Source: a virus (Duplodnaviria > Caudoviricetes). Taken from it: DNA of 64,000 bases. The stretch's first letter is position 1. The number at the start of each line of letters is the position of its first letter. Shown here in pieces: positions 1 to 9,540 of the stretch. The DNA lies in IMG/VR virus record IMGVR_UViG_3300031953_000001; one strand, written 5' to 3'. Below the pieces are notes generated by a model, which was not told the origin of the DNA, did no database searches, and saw nothing but the letters and a program-made list of their open reading frames with translations. A program made the position numbers and the translations under genes.

Positions 1-770
1 GTATCGCGCCGGTGGATCAGTTTGATGATCTGTGCGGGGATGTCCCATTCCCACCAGCGTTCTTGGGTGGTCCACCGCGAAGGATGGGCGTGGTGGTTGT
101 TGTGCCAGCCCTCACCCATGGTGACCAAGTTGGCGATCCAGCTGTTGCGACTGGTGTCACCCTTAAGGTCGTGGTTACGATAACCGTGCAGGTGAGGGAT
201 AACGATGATGCCGCAGGCGCTGTGCAACGACAAGATTGCGGGTACGGCGTAGACAAAGACCACGCCTTGCCACCCCAGCGTTATGTACAGCAGCAAACAC
301 CAAAGGATCAGGATCTCAAAGTAGTTGGCGTGCATCCATCGGTGCAACGGGTCTTTACGAAGCCCTTTGGAGACTCGACCCGCTTGGGTAAACCCCGAGG
401 TGTTCCAGACCCCGAACCAAGCTCTGAATACCCCGATGTTTTGTGGGCTGTGTGGGTCGTGCTCTTGATCGGTGTGTATATGGTGGATGCGGTGTACGAT
501 GGTCCAAGCCAAAGGGCTACCCACCGTGGTTAAAACCCCACAAAACAGTAAGAACGCTTCTATGGGCTTGTACGTCTTAAACGCACCATGAGCCGCCATG
601 CGATGAAAGCCGACGTTGATGCCCAAGATGCCAATGAACCAGTAGGTTAACCACGACACCATAAGCCAGCCCCACCAGCCTTGTACGACCGCCCAGATCA
701 CCAAGGGTAAGGCGATGATGTGGGTGGCGATTTGCAGTAAGCGTACGCCTTGGTTGTGTGTAAGTTTCAT
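1..770 (-). CDS. membrane acyl-CoA/acyl-lipid (delta-9-like) fatty acid desaturase, 3' end beyond window edge
   Basis: Not in the ORF track because it has no stop inside the window. Hand translation from ATG 770 gives MKLTHNQGVRLLQIATHII...FHRMAAH...VHRIHH...GEGWHNNHHAHP...WWEWD, with all three His boxes and hydrophobic segments. Confidence 0.93.
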   Translation of the reverse strand, partial: MKLTHNQGVRLLQIATHIIALPLVIWAVVQGWWGWLMVSWLTYWFIGILGINVGFHRMAAHGAFKTYKPIEAFLLFCGVLTTVGSPLAWTIVHRIHHIHTDQEHDPHSPQNIGVFRAWFGVWNTSGFTQAGRVSKGLRKDPLHRWMHANYFEILILWCLLLYITLGWQGVVFVYAVPAILSLHSACGIIVIPHLHGYRNHDLKGDTSRNSWIANLVTMGEGWHNNHHAHPSRWTTQERWWEWDIPAQIIKLIHRRD

Positions 771-773
771 GCC

Positions 774-1532
774 TTATCCTCGTTTTTTAATGAGCCAAAT
801 GAACATCGCTGGGGGATCGATCTCCCACCAACGGACTTGAAAGTTGTATCGCCCAGGGTGCGCGTGGTGGTTGTTGTGCCAGCCGTCGCCCATGGTCAAA
901 AAATGACACAGCCAACTGTTCTTGCTGTTGTCCTTGATGTCGAAGTTACGGTATCCCCACTGATGCGCTAAGATGGCCAAGGCGTAACTGACAAAGAAGG
1001 TTGACAAAGCCGCGGGGATCAGATAGACCGCGATCACAATCTCAACCCCCCAAACCAACCACAGCGCCGCAACGATTGCCAGGTGCAGATGAAAATAATA
1101 GCGGTGTATCCACATGAACGATGGGGTATCGAGGATGTCTCGCATCGCCACTCGCCGGTCCTCGGTTTCAACGTAGTGCAAACACCATAAGGATTTCCAA
1201 TACCCCATGTGCCTATGACAATGGGGGTCTTTGGGTGTTTCGGTGTATCGGTGATGTACCCGATGTATCCACGCCCAACTGTGGGGAGTGCCTACCGTAC
1301 AAGGCACACTCAGAAGACCCAAGGCCCACTCTATCGGCCCGTACGTCTTAAAGGATCGATGCGATACGTACCGATGTAAATACGCGTTGAACCCGATGCC
1401 CTGAATGACGCCGTAAGCCAGCACACTGACCCACAACAACCCAGGGTCGGTCATCGCCAGATACACCACCCCAGGAATAAAACAAGCAAACAACATTAAC
1501 CGCCACCAGTTTAACCGTTGGGTGGTAAACAT
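774..1532 (-). CDS. membrane fatty acid desaturase (delta-9-like), tandem paralog
   Basis: His boxes LHRYVSH, IHRVHH, WHNNHH. Start moved to ATG 1532, which has an AGGAG SD; the ORF track starts at 1565. Confidence 0.93.
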   Translation of the reverse strand: MFTTQRLNWWRLMLFACFIPGVVYLAMTDPGLLWVSVLAYGVIQGIGFNAYLHRYVSHRSFKTYGPIEWALGLLSVPCTVGTPHSWAWIHRVHHRYTETPKDPHCHRHMGYWKSLWCLHYVETEDRRVAMRDILDTPSFMWIHRYYFHLHLAIVAALWLVWGVEIVIAVYLIPAALSTFFVSYALAILAHQWGYRNFDIKDNSKNSWLCHFLTMGDGWHNNHHAHPGRYNFQVRWWEIDPPAMFIWLIKKRG

Positions 1533-1542
1533 AACACGTCTC

Positions 1543-2748
1543 CTAATGATGTTTCTGCAAAGCAAGGACTGAGTTTAGACCCCCAAACCCAAACGCAGTC
1601 TTAACCACCACGTTTATATCCACGTTGTCTTGACGTTGAGCCAATTGAATGGGGGCCAAGTCGGGATCGAGTGTACTCACTGGGTTGCCCACCAAAAACC
1701 GATGGTTCATCATCAGCACACTGTACCATATCTCAAGACTGCCTGAGGCGGTAACGCTGTGGCCGGTTAACCGTTTAAACGCAGTGACCGGAACGCTATC
1801 GCCATAGACGTCGTAAATCGCTTGAGCTTCGGCCACGTCGCCGTTGGGGGTTGACGTTGCATGGGCTGAGATGACGTCGGGGTATATCCCCTGAAGGTCC
1901 AGTTGCGCTTGCACTGAGGCCATGCAGCGCCGGGCTCCTTCCCCGGTGGGGTTGGTCAAGTCGCCGCCGTCGGAGTAATCCGCGTAAGCCACGCAGCGGG
2001 CGTAAGCGAACGTTCCTTGACGAGCAACCCAATGTTCATAAGACTCTACGATCAAACAGCCACCGCCTTCAGAAATGGTAAACCCCGCTCGATCTTTAGA
2101 GAAGGGTGCCGACGCATGAGTGGGATTATTGCCTCGGTACAACGCCCGCATGGCGTCAAAGCCGGCCAAGGTCTCCCCCAGAATCTTCTCAGCGCTCACA
2201 CAGACCACCACATCGGCTTTGCCCAACTCGATCAAGTCCATGGCCTGGGTAACCGTACGGACCCCAGAGGCGCAGGCGTGTTGAACCGTGTGCACAGGTC
2301 CTCGAATATTGAACAAGGCCGTTAGAGGTCCTGTGACAGCCGTGGGGATAGACTTAAGCAGCGCAAACGGGGAGGTGCGCTTTTCTCGATACCCCAACAG
2401 CGAATGCAATCCGTCGATTCCTGTGGCCCCCATCGCTGAGACCAACGCGGTGCGCTCACTGGCGAAGACCTCAAGACCCAACCCGGCGTCCGCCAAGGCC
2501 CGTAGAATAGACACGTAGCTGATGGCCAGAGTGTCGTTGTACACGCTCTTAGGTAAGTCGCGGGCAGGACTGTCCTCTTTAAGGTTGAACACGCAAGGGC
2601 TCCAAAAACTGGCTTTGAGGTTCTTGCTGAGTATCGCCATGGGACTGATGTTGGACGTCTCTGCTTTGAGGTTATCCACCAGTTCTTGCTGTGTCTGCCC
2701 CATGGGGGTGATTCCACCGGCGCCGGTGATGAGGGTATGAACGGACAT
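1543..2748 (-). CDS. fabF: beta-ketoacyl-ACP synthase (FabF/FabB family)
   Basis: Cys-His-His triad motifs QHACASG, SAHATST, KRLTGHS; PFSKDRAGF and C-terminal AFGFGGLN; 401 aa. Confidence 0.93.
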   Translation of the reverse strand: MSVHTLITGAGGITPMGQTQQELVDNLKAETSNISPMAILSKNLKASFWSPCVFNLKEDSPARDLPKSVYNDTLAISYVSILRALADAGLGLEVFASERTALVSAMGATGIDGLHSLLGYREKRTSPFALLKSIPTAVTGPLTALFNIRGPVHTVQHACASGVRTVTQAMDLIELGKADVVVCVSAEKILGETLAGFDAMRALYRGNNPTHASAPFSKDRAGFTISEGGGCLIVESYEHWVARQGTFAYARCVAYADYSDGGDLTNPTGEGARRCMASVQAQLDLQGIYPDVISAHATSTPNGDVAEAQAIYDVYGDSVPVTAFKRLTGHSVTASGSLEIWYSVLMMNHRFLVGNPVSTLDPDLAPIQLAQRQDNVDINVVVKTAFGFGGLNSVLALQKHH

Positions 2749-2756
2749 GGCGTGGT

Positions 2757-3311
2757 TTACTCTTTTAGATAGACATCAATGGGGATGGCCAATCGTAACC
2801 CTTTGGCGTGTTCTTGCACGTAATGCTGCAAGTACGATGGGAAGATCAGCAACCCCCCCGTTTGGGGTTGGTGTTTGTACGGTTGAAAGTGGTTGTTGAT
2901 CACATCCCAAGGGTAACCGCGCGAAGCCAGACCGCGTGGGTCGCACACGGTTAAGTACCCCTCGCACGCTTCTAGATAATAAATGGCTGACACATGCGCC
3001 CCGGTGTGGTGGTGCAAGGGCGTACCGTGACCATCACTGCTGTTGCGCACCCACGCCTGCCAACTGTCGATCAGAGGCTCGTACGCAAACTGTTCGCACG
3101 CGTATTGCATGATCAACGGGATCAGCTGATCTTCCACAAACGCTTTGAGTCGTGGGTACTCTGGTAGATGGAGGTTTTTGGTCTCATCGATGGGGCGATC
3201 GTCGTAGGATCGACCAGGCATCAAGGCTTCTTCCACCAAGGCGTCCAGATTGGGGGCTGGAACCGTTTCTTCACGCAGTACAATCTTCCACGGTTGAATG
3301 TCGGTGGCCAT
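2757..3311 (-). CDS. putative 2OG-Fe(II) oxygenase (TIGR02466/PF13759-like)
   Basis: HHHTGAHVSAIYYL, DPRG, LLIFPSYLQHYV, distal R-x-A-I motif. Confidence 0.8.
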   Translation of the reverse strand: MATDIQPWKIVLREETVPAPNLDALVEEALMPGRSYDDRPIDETKNLHLPEYPRLKAFVEDQLIPLIMQYACEQFAYEPLIDSWQAWVRNSSDGHGTPLHHHTGAHVSAIYYLEACEGYLTVCDPRGLASRGYPWDVINNHFQPYKHQPQTGGLLIFPSYLQHYVQEHAKGLRLAIPIDVYLKE

Positions 3312-3321
3312 AGTTGAGTCC

Positions 3322-3885
3322 TTACTGGGGTTCTTTTAAATACAGATCGGTGGGCAGAGATACCCGCAACCCCTGACCGTGACCGTCAACGTAATGCTGC
3401 AAGTACGATGGGAAGATCAGCAAGAGTCCCGCTTGGGGGTTCTCACTGAACAGGTTAAAATGGCGGTTCCTCACGTCAGTAGGATAACCGCGACACGCCG
3501 ATCCCCTAGGGTCAACTAAGTTGATGCTGCCCTCACTGGCGCAGGGGTAATAGATGGATGACAAGAGTGCCCCACTGTGCTCGTGCAGCTTCATGCCTTC
3601 GCCCCCTACTGTCACGCGCAACCAGGCGGTGTAACTGTCCACAAACTGCCGTACCCCGAACTGCTGAGTCAGGTAGTCTTGCAAACGAGGCACTATCTCA
3701 TCGTACACCAAGCGATGGGCTTGAGGGAAATCGCGTTCTGACACCGTGTTGTCATCCAACTCCAACCCATCGAAGTTGCGATTGGTGGACCGCATCAAGG
3801 CTTCTGTGATCAACGCCTCGTTGTCCACTCCTTCAAGAATCTCCCGTCGTACCACACAGCGCCAGGGTTCTAGGTCTTGAAACAT
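3322..3885 (-). CDS. putative 2OG-Fe(II) oxygenase, tandem paralog
   Basis: LHEHSGALLSSIYYP, DPRG, LLIFPSYLQHYV. Start moved to ATG 3885 (GGAGG SD). Confidence 0.8.
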   Translation of the reverse strand: MFQDLEPWRCVVRREILEGVDNEALITEALMRSTNRNFDGLELDDNTVSERDFPQAHRLVYDEIVPRLQDYLTQQFGVRQFVDSYTAWLRVTVGGEGMKLHEHSGALLSSIYYPCASEGSINLVDPRGSACRGYPTDVRNRHFNLFSENPQAGLLLIFPSYLQHYVDGHGQGLRVSLPTDLYLKEPQ

Positions 3886-4292
3886 GCAGCCTCCGCTAGA
3901 CACTCGTCTTTAAAGTAACGCACCGTAAAATCCACCCAGAGCCCGGTTAAAGGAATGTGGTCTATCCCCCCCAGCCCTTCAAGGATTTTGTCGTAGTCCG
4001 TTTTGTTCTCACTGTAAGGCACAAAGTACGGGTCGTTGCCAAACAACAAGTCAGGGTCATCCAATACCTCGTAGAAGTCTTCGTCAAAGTGATCGCGCAA
4101 CAGTCTGGCATAGATAACCGCAATGGCGTACGATTTCCCTGGATAAACAGACGCGGCTATAGGAGCACGAAAGTACCGTAAAGCCTCACCCACAACGTCA
4201 GGATCGGAGATGGTGGTGAAGTTGCGGGTATCGTCGCTGTGCTCTTCCGTCAGTCGGTGGTACAGAAGTTGATTGACTTTCCATTCTTTCAT
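3870..4292 (-). CDS. hypothetical protein in radical SAM cluster (YPGKSY motif)
   Basis: ATG 4292 overlaps the upstream stop (ATGA); acidic DDPDLLFGNDPYF segment. Confidence 0.7.
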   Translation of the reverse strand: MKEWKVNQLLYHRLTEEHSDDTRNFTTISDPDVVGEALRYFRAPIAASVYPGKSYAIAVIYARLLRDHFDEDFYEVLDDPDLLFGNDPYFVPYSENKTDYDKILEGLGGIDHIPLTGLWVDFTVRYFKDECLAEAACFKT

Positions 4293-5377
4293 GCGATTCG
4301 CCTTTCCCAGTTGAATTCGTCTCGCATCGCTTGGGCGGTGGAGATGCAACGGTCAGCATTGGTGATGGCCATGACTTTCTGTACCCCTCGCTCGGCACAC
4401 TTAGCCACAAACTCACAGCCGCCGCAGATGCCGTTGGATTGGGCTAAACTCAAACACTCGAACATCCCCGCCTCTTCTTGCGCAAAGATGCTCTCAAAGG
4501 TCCAGGGACCGTCAACGCGATGCTCGGGTTCAAAGGACGAGAAGGCCTCCACAATGAACGGCGGCACGAACAACTCGCCGTTGCGATAGACCACGTCCCA
4601 GTCCTCGCCCTCACTCAATTGCAACTCGACGATGTCGAAATGTTCCCCACGCTCGGTTGCAGCCAAACGCGCGTCGATCAGCAGTCGGTTTAGATGGTGA
4701 AGACTGGTCAAGAACCGAGTCTGGTTCTCGGGGTCTCTCAAACTGTCTCGACCGTGGGGAAGAATGAAGTCGTTGTGTGACGTTGGGTGCAGTTCGGTGT
4801 GGTACATCCGGGTCAACAGGTCTTTGGTCAAGGTGAATTTACGCTTGACGTCGTTGGCGATCGATTCTTCAAAATTGATCACGGTGTAGACTCGGGTGAT
4901 GGTCACGGTCTTAAGGCAACTCTCAAAGTAAGCCACCTTCTGACGAATGCCATCCACGTACGCTGGGTTGTCCAAATGCCGCACTTCAAACGGCACCGTG
5001 AACTTCAACAGCCCGTTAGGGATCAGCGCTTCGACTTGTTCGGCTAAGCGCTCGTAGATCCGCGGGTTGGGGTCTATGAACGCACAGTTTAAGGTGGTCT
5101 TTAAGAACCGTTTGGCTATAGCTTTGATGCGGGGGTGTTCCAAGATCGCGTCTTTGTTCTCAGAGCTCAAAATGTCGGTGGGGCCTAGGATGAAATTGAG
5201 CATCTCCAACTCGGCCGTTTCAAACGACGTCAACATCCGGTCGATGCGATCGAACTCCTCCTCGGTTGGAAGTCGGTTGTTGTCTTTCTCCACCATACAC
5301 CCAGAACAGTGGTGACGGCACCCAGAGGCGATCTCCATGGTGAAGTCGATCAATTTGTTAACTTGAGATACGTGCAT
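4289..5377 (-). CDS. divergent radical SAM protein with C-terminal Cx2Cx5C
   Basis: CRHHCSGC (CxxxCxxC); GPTD where GGEP is usual; C-terminal CGGCEFVAKC. Confidence 0.75.
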   Translation of the reverse strand: MHVSQVNKLIDFTMEIASGCRHHCSGCMVEKDNNRLPTEEEFDRIDRMLTSFETAELEMLNFILGPTDILSSENKDAILEHPRIKAIAKRFLKTTLNCAFIDPNPRIYERLAEQVEALIPNGLLKFTVPFEVRHLDNPAYVDGIRQKVAYFESCLKTVTITRVYTVINFEESIANDVKRKFTLTKDLLTRMYHTELHPTSHNDFILPHGRDSLRDPENQTRFLTSLHHLNRLLIDARLAATERGEHFDIVELQLSEGEDWDVVYRNGELFVPPFIVEAFSSFEPEHRVDGPWTFESIFAQEEAGMFECLSLAQSNGICGGCEFVAKCAERGVQKVMAITNADRCISTAQAMRDEFNWERRIA

Positions 5378-5381
5378 GTTC

Positions 5382-6437
5382 TCACCAATCGCATTTGTGG
5401 GGAAGATGTCCCAAAATAGAAAGACACTGGTCGGTCTCTAACAGCCGTTGCAGTCGATGCACCCCACGCGTCGCGCATTTGCTAACAAAGTGACACCCAG
5501 AACATGAGGTGAGGGTGGTGGCGTGTTCAACCGATTTAAAGTAGGTCTGTTGATCCGACCGTTGAATGGAATCCAGCGTCCACGGTTTATCGAATTTAAA
5601 GTCGGGGTGGAACACGGCGATGGGGCTGTTGATCAACGGAGCAATGTACAACTCACCGTCGCGGTACGATAAATGGTAATCTGAGCCGACGTGCGAATCC
5701 AAGTCGTCAATTTTAAACTCATACCCTTTATCGAGTTGATTGGCAAACACCGCGTTTTGCTTGAGAATGGTTCTGACGAATTCTTCCCGATTGCTCTTAA
5801 CGGTTAAGTCACGACGCCCATTGTGCAAGACGAAGGTGGTGGTGTCCGATCGTTTAAACAGCTGGATGTGGCGGGTTTCGTACAACACCTCTTCGGTGAT
5901 CAAGCCACTGTCAAGCATTGTCTCGGTCAGGTTCACTATAGTGGTCACACTGGCCAGACGAATGCTGGTTAAGTGCTGCTCAAACCAGGCAATACGCCCC
6001 CGCAGTTTCTCGATGTAGCCCAGGTTTCGATGGTGCTTCAATTCGAAAGGCACTAAGAACTCAACATCAAGGCCCGGCATGAACGCTTCCAGCTCTTTAG
6101 CAAACTGGACGTAGGCATCGGGATTGGGGTTCAAAAATGAGCAGTTGAACACCACCGATTTAAACCCCTTAACCATGTCTTTGATGGCTGGGTGGGTGAA
6201 TACGTCACGTCGGTTGCTGGCCGCCATGACATCCGTCGGGGCAAACTCCATCCACGACATCTCCCAGCCTCGTTGACGTACCTCTTCCACCACCTGAGTT
6301 AAGGCGTAAAGATCGTCTTCCGTGTACGGTGTAACGTCTTGGGTGTTGACACTGCAACCCGAACAGCTGTAGTCGCAGTCTTTCAACAACTCCAACGCAA
6401 GATTGCCAATGTTGTCTTCTCGGATCAGGAGGGTCAT
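5382..6437 (-). CDS. divergent radical SAM protein, paralog of 4289-5377
   Basis: CDYSCSGC; APTD; C-terminal CSGCHFVSKC. Start moved to ATG 6437 (ATGA overlap). Confidence 0.75.
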   Translation of the reverse strand: MTLLIREDNIGNLALELLKDCDYSCSGCSVNTQDVTPYTEDDLYALTQVVEEVRQRGWEMSWMEFAPTDVMAASNRRDVFTHPAIKDMVKGFKSVVFNCSFLNPNPDAYVQFAKELEAFMPGLDVEFLVPFELKHHRNLGYIEKLRGRIAWFEQHLTSIRLASVTTIVNLTETMLDSGLITEEVLYETRHIQLFKRSDTTTFVLHNGRRDLTVKSNREEFVRTILKQNAVFANQLDKGYEFKIDDLDSHVGSDYHLSYRDGELYIAPLINSPIAVFHPDFKFDKPWTLDSIQRSDQQTYFKSVEHATTLTSCSGCHFVSKCATRGVHRLQRLLETDQCLSILGHLPHKCDW

Positions 6438-7393
6438 TGTTGCTCTGCCCATTGGATCAGGTGAATAAACCCGTTGCACGAGTACTCCGTGCTTTGGACG
6501 TCTCTTAAATGTTCCGACAGACAACGCCCTAAGTAGCGACACCCACTGCACCCAGAGTTTTGTACGCGCTCTTTCTCGGTCACGCACCATGCGAAATACT
6601 CATCGATGGAGTCTAACTCTAAGAAGAACTCGTTGTCTTGGGCGTCAAACTCCAACACCCCAAATTTCCCAGTGGGTGTCACATAGACGTGGTCGTCTGA
6701 AAAAGCGTTGCCCCGTCCGGCGATCACTTCATCCAACTGCTGTGCATTGACAAAGTCGAACTTCATCTCGTCACGGCGGGCGTGCAGTACTTTGATGAAC
6801 GCCTCGTACTCCGGATAACTGACCGGCAGTTGGTTGGCTTGATTGGGGCTGTAAGGCTTGATCTCCACCGAACTGAGGTTGGCCAGCAAGTTCAAGGTGC
6901 CAATGATCTCATCCGGGTTCTTTGCCAAAAGCGCGGGTGAGGCCAACATCAAGATGCAGAACTCCCGTTCCATCTTCAGCATTTGCTGAAAGACAAGGTC
7001 GCTTTTCTCTCGGGCGTCGAAATCGTAGCTGACCGACAGGTACCAATCGGGATCGTGCACCACCGGGTTGTTCATCGACAGGTTGGTGATGATGTTCAGA
7101 TCGTCAATGCCGCGAAGATGCAGTCCGGCTTTGAGTTCCGTCAAGTACTCCACAGGCAGCAGCAGAGGCTCGCCGCCGTACAGATCCACCATCCCGACCT
7201 CAGCCACGGCTAAGACCTCATCCACCCGCTCAAAGAGCCGTGAGAGCTTAAGACGTTGCTTGTCTCCAAGTTGCTCATCCGTCAAGTAACAAAACGAGCA
7301 ACGAAAGTTGCAATAGTAGCTAGGATTCAGGCTGAGGTTCAGAGTCGGCTTAACCGACGGCGATGATGTTGCTGGGTACATCGATGGCCTCAT
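6434..7393 (-). CDS. radical SAM protein with SPASM/twitch-like tail (start uncertain)
   Basis: CNFRCSFC, LYGGEP, C-terminal CSGCRYLGRCLSEH...C. Confidence 0.88.
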   Translation of the reverse strand: MRPSMYPATSSPSVKPTLNLSLNPSYYCNFRCSFCYLTDEQLGDKQRLKLSRLFERVDEVLAVAEVGMVDLYGGEPLLLPVEYLTELKAGLHLRGIDDLNIITNLSMNNPVVHDPDWYLSVSYDFDAREKSDLVFQQMLKMEREFCILMLASPALLAKNPDEIIGTLNLLANLSSVEIKPYSPNQANQLPVSYPEYEAFIKVLHARRDEMKFDFVNAQQLDEVIAGRGNAFSDDHVYVTPTGKFGVLEFDAQDNEFFLELDSIDEYFAWCVTEKERVQNSGCSGCRYLGRCLSEHLRDVQSTEYSCNGFIHLIQWAEQQ

Positions 7394-8450
7394 TGACGTA
7401 GTCGGTAGGGATCAGTTGTCCGGTTAACCCATTGGCGTCGATGATCTGAGGGGCCAGAGCTTTCATCTTCACGCAGTGTTCTTCCACCCGCCCGGTTTTC
7501 TTTGCGTCGCGGATGCTTTTCTTGCACCCGTTGCAGATTGAAAACATAGGACAGAAGTAACAACTCTGTTTCAGGCTGGCCAACTCAACCACCTGCAAGG
7601 GCCGTTGTTTTGCCCCCGCCATCTCAACTTCAAAGTCAATGGGGTATTCTCCATCGTCACCAAAGGAGCCGCAGGAGTAATAACCGCCGTTGGGTTGCAT
7701 GTTGCGAATGCCCGAGTCACAATCCCGAGCCAAAGGACAGGTGGTTGCTCCCCCGGCTAAGACGGTCATCATCTGTTGAGTGCTGTGTTCCCACTGAGCC
7801 AGCCCTGCGGCGTAGATCTCAAGGTACACCTCGTACATGTCGGCCACCACAAAGTGCTGACCTTCGTTGCCCATGGTGCCTTTTCGAGTCTGGATCACCG
7901 GTCCTGAGGCGTTGGCGTAGTTCAGTTTGCACACCACGCCCATGGCCTTGGCCAACTCCACCGTTTTTACCGCTGTGTCGCGGTTGCTTTCGTCGATGAC
8001 CGCAATGAACCCAGGACGATAACCCACGTGTTCCAGCATGGCGTCTGAGACGCCCCAGAACTCCTCTTCGGTGAAAGGGGTATAATCACCCTTTAAACGT
8101 TTGTCACCGTACTGGAAACTGGTGTGGACCCCAATGCGAGGATGATTGAACAGCTCAGACCACATCGAGGGTTTCTTGTAGAAAGGCCAGAGGTTAGTGG
8201 TCAAAGATAAGACCGTCTCCTCCATCTCCAACTCGTCCAAGACCGCAATTATGTCCCAGTAATACTGCACTGGCATCATCAGAGGATCACCGCCGTTGAC
8301 GATGATGGTCTGGGTTTCTGGGTAACGCACTAAGAACCGCCGGATGTCCGCCACAGACACTATGTCGTCTTTGTCGTCAGCGATGTTGGTGCTGGAGCAA
8401 AAGGTGCATTTAAAATTGCATTTCTCAGTCGGTTTTATGATCAAGTCGAT
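7350..8450 (-). CDS. radical SAM/SPASM protein (start ATC 8450 or TTG 8444)
   Basis: CNFKCTFC, NGGDP, CPLARDC...YYSC, CYFCPMFSICNGC...C. Confidence 0.9.
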   Translation of the reverse strand: MDLIIKPTEKCNFKCTFCSSTNIADDKDDIVSVADIRRFLVRYPETQTIIVNGGDPLMMPVQYYWDIIAVLDELEMEETVLSLTTNLWPFYKKPSMWSELFNHPRIGVHTSFQYGDKRLKGDYTPFTEEEFWGVSDAMLEHVGYRPGFIAVIDESNRDTAVKTVELAKAMGVVCKLNYANASGPVIQTRKGTMGNEGQHFVVADMYEVYLEIYAAGLAQWEHSTQQMMTVLAGGATTCPLARDCDSGIRNMQPNGGYYSCGSFGDDGEYPIDFEVEMAGAKQRPLQVVELASLKQSCYFCPMFSICNGCKKSIRDAKKTGRVEEHCVKMKALAPQIIDANGLTGQLIPTDYVNEAIDVPSNIIAVG

Positions 8451-8481
8451 GTTACTACCCTCCTACTCAGACCTACTCCAA

Positions 8482-9540
8482 TCATACCGCTACAATTGGA
8501 ATCAGACCCAAGGCAGTGTTGTGCAAGACGTCGATGTATCGGTGGGTGGCTTTATACACACACTCGTCCATCTCGTCGCGAAAGCGGTAATTGTGTTGCA
8601 TGAAACAGCCCAACTCACACCGATGAAAATACTCACAGGTGGTGCAGCCGTACTTCTCCATGAACGCTTCTTCTATACCGCTGTTGTCTTTGGCTTCAAT
8701 GGGGGTGGTGTAAATATCTTTGGCCACCTCCGGGTCGATCAGATTCCCGCAGCCGCAAATCGTGCCATCTTCCAACACCAACTTACTGGACCGACACGAC
8801 AGACTCGACGACTGACGTTTCAACCAACCGGCGATCGGCTCACACCGAGGGTAGCGATCGATCAGAAACTTGAACATACGAAACAGGTCGGTGTCGCTGG
8901 GGGCGGCGTCGGTGCGCTCATCCGGCATCAGGTAATCAAAGTACATCTTGAACCCGGCCTGATACGCCCACTGAAAGAACTCGTCGGTGTCTTTTACAAA
9001 GTGGTCGATGTTTTGTTTGGTCATCAACAAACTGATGCTGGTCACTGTCTCAGGGCCGTAGTATTCCAGGTTGGCACGGAACTGTTTGAACTGCTTCCGA
9101 TTGAACCGTCCTTTAGGATCGTAAGAGACGGTCACGGTGGTCTTGACGTCCACCGTTTGTACTCGCTCCAAAAAAGACGTCAGCTGAGTGGTGTCCGGAG
9201 TCACCAGGTTGGTGACCCAGTTCAAGGTTACCTCTAGGTTCAGCTCGCGACACATCTCAGCGATCGCTTGACTGAAGTAGAGGTACGTGTCCGCCAGAAG
9301 TGGGGTAAAGATCTCAGGAGCAAAGACCTCACCGCCCATGATGTTAAACACCACCTGCGATTTGGTCTCTTGTTCCAACAGCGACCGAACAATAGGGAGC
9401 TTGTCCAGTACGTCATCTACCCCCACCAGTGAATCGTGATCCTGCCAACAGAAACTGCACGACAGATTGCAATAGGTAAACAGGTGCAACGTGTACTCCT
9501 GTTCCTTATCGCGTTTGTTCTGTAAAAAGAGGTCGGTCAT
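8482..9540 (-). CDS. radical SAM/SPASM protein
   Basis: CNLSCSFC, MGGE, CTTCEYFHRCELGC (Cx2Cx5Cx3C). Confidence 0.9.
   Translation of the reverse strand: MTDLFLQNKRDKEQEYTLHLFTYCNLSCSFCWQDHDSLVGVDDVLDKLPIVRSLLEQETKSQVVFNIMGGEVFAPEIFTPLLADTYLYFSQAIAEMCRELNLEVTLNWVTNLVTPDTTQLTSFLERVQTVDVKTTVTVSYDPKGRFNRKQFKQFRANLEYYGPETVTSISLLMTKQNIDHFVKDTDEFFQWAYQAGFKMYFDYLMPDERTDAAPSDTDLFRMFKFLIDRYPRCEPIAGWLKRQSSSLSCRSSKLVLEDGTICGCGNLIDPEVAKDIYTTPIEAKDNSGIEEAFMEKYGCTTCEYFHRCELGCFMQHNYRFRDEMDECVYKATHRYIDVLHNTALGLIPIVAV

Noticed and set aside
8344-9237. 297-aa plus-strand ORF, and similar long antisense ORFs (16936-17646, 20434-21114, 38826-39536, 49230-49886)
   Set aside because: They lie opposite well-supported genes, show no motifs, and are expected shadows in fairly GC-rich coding DNA.
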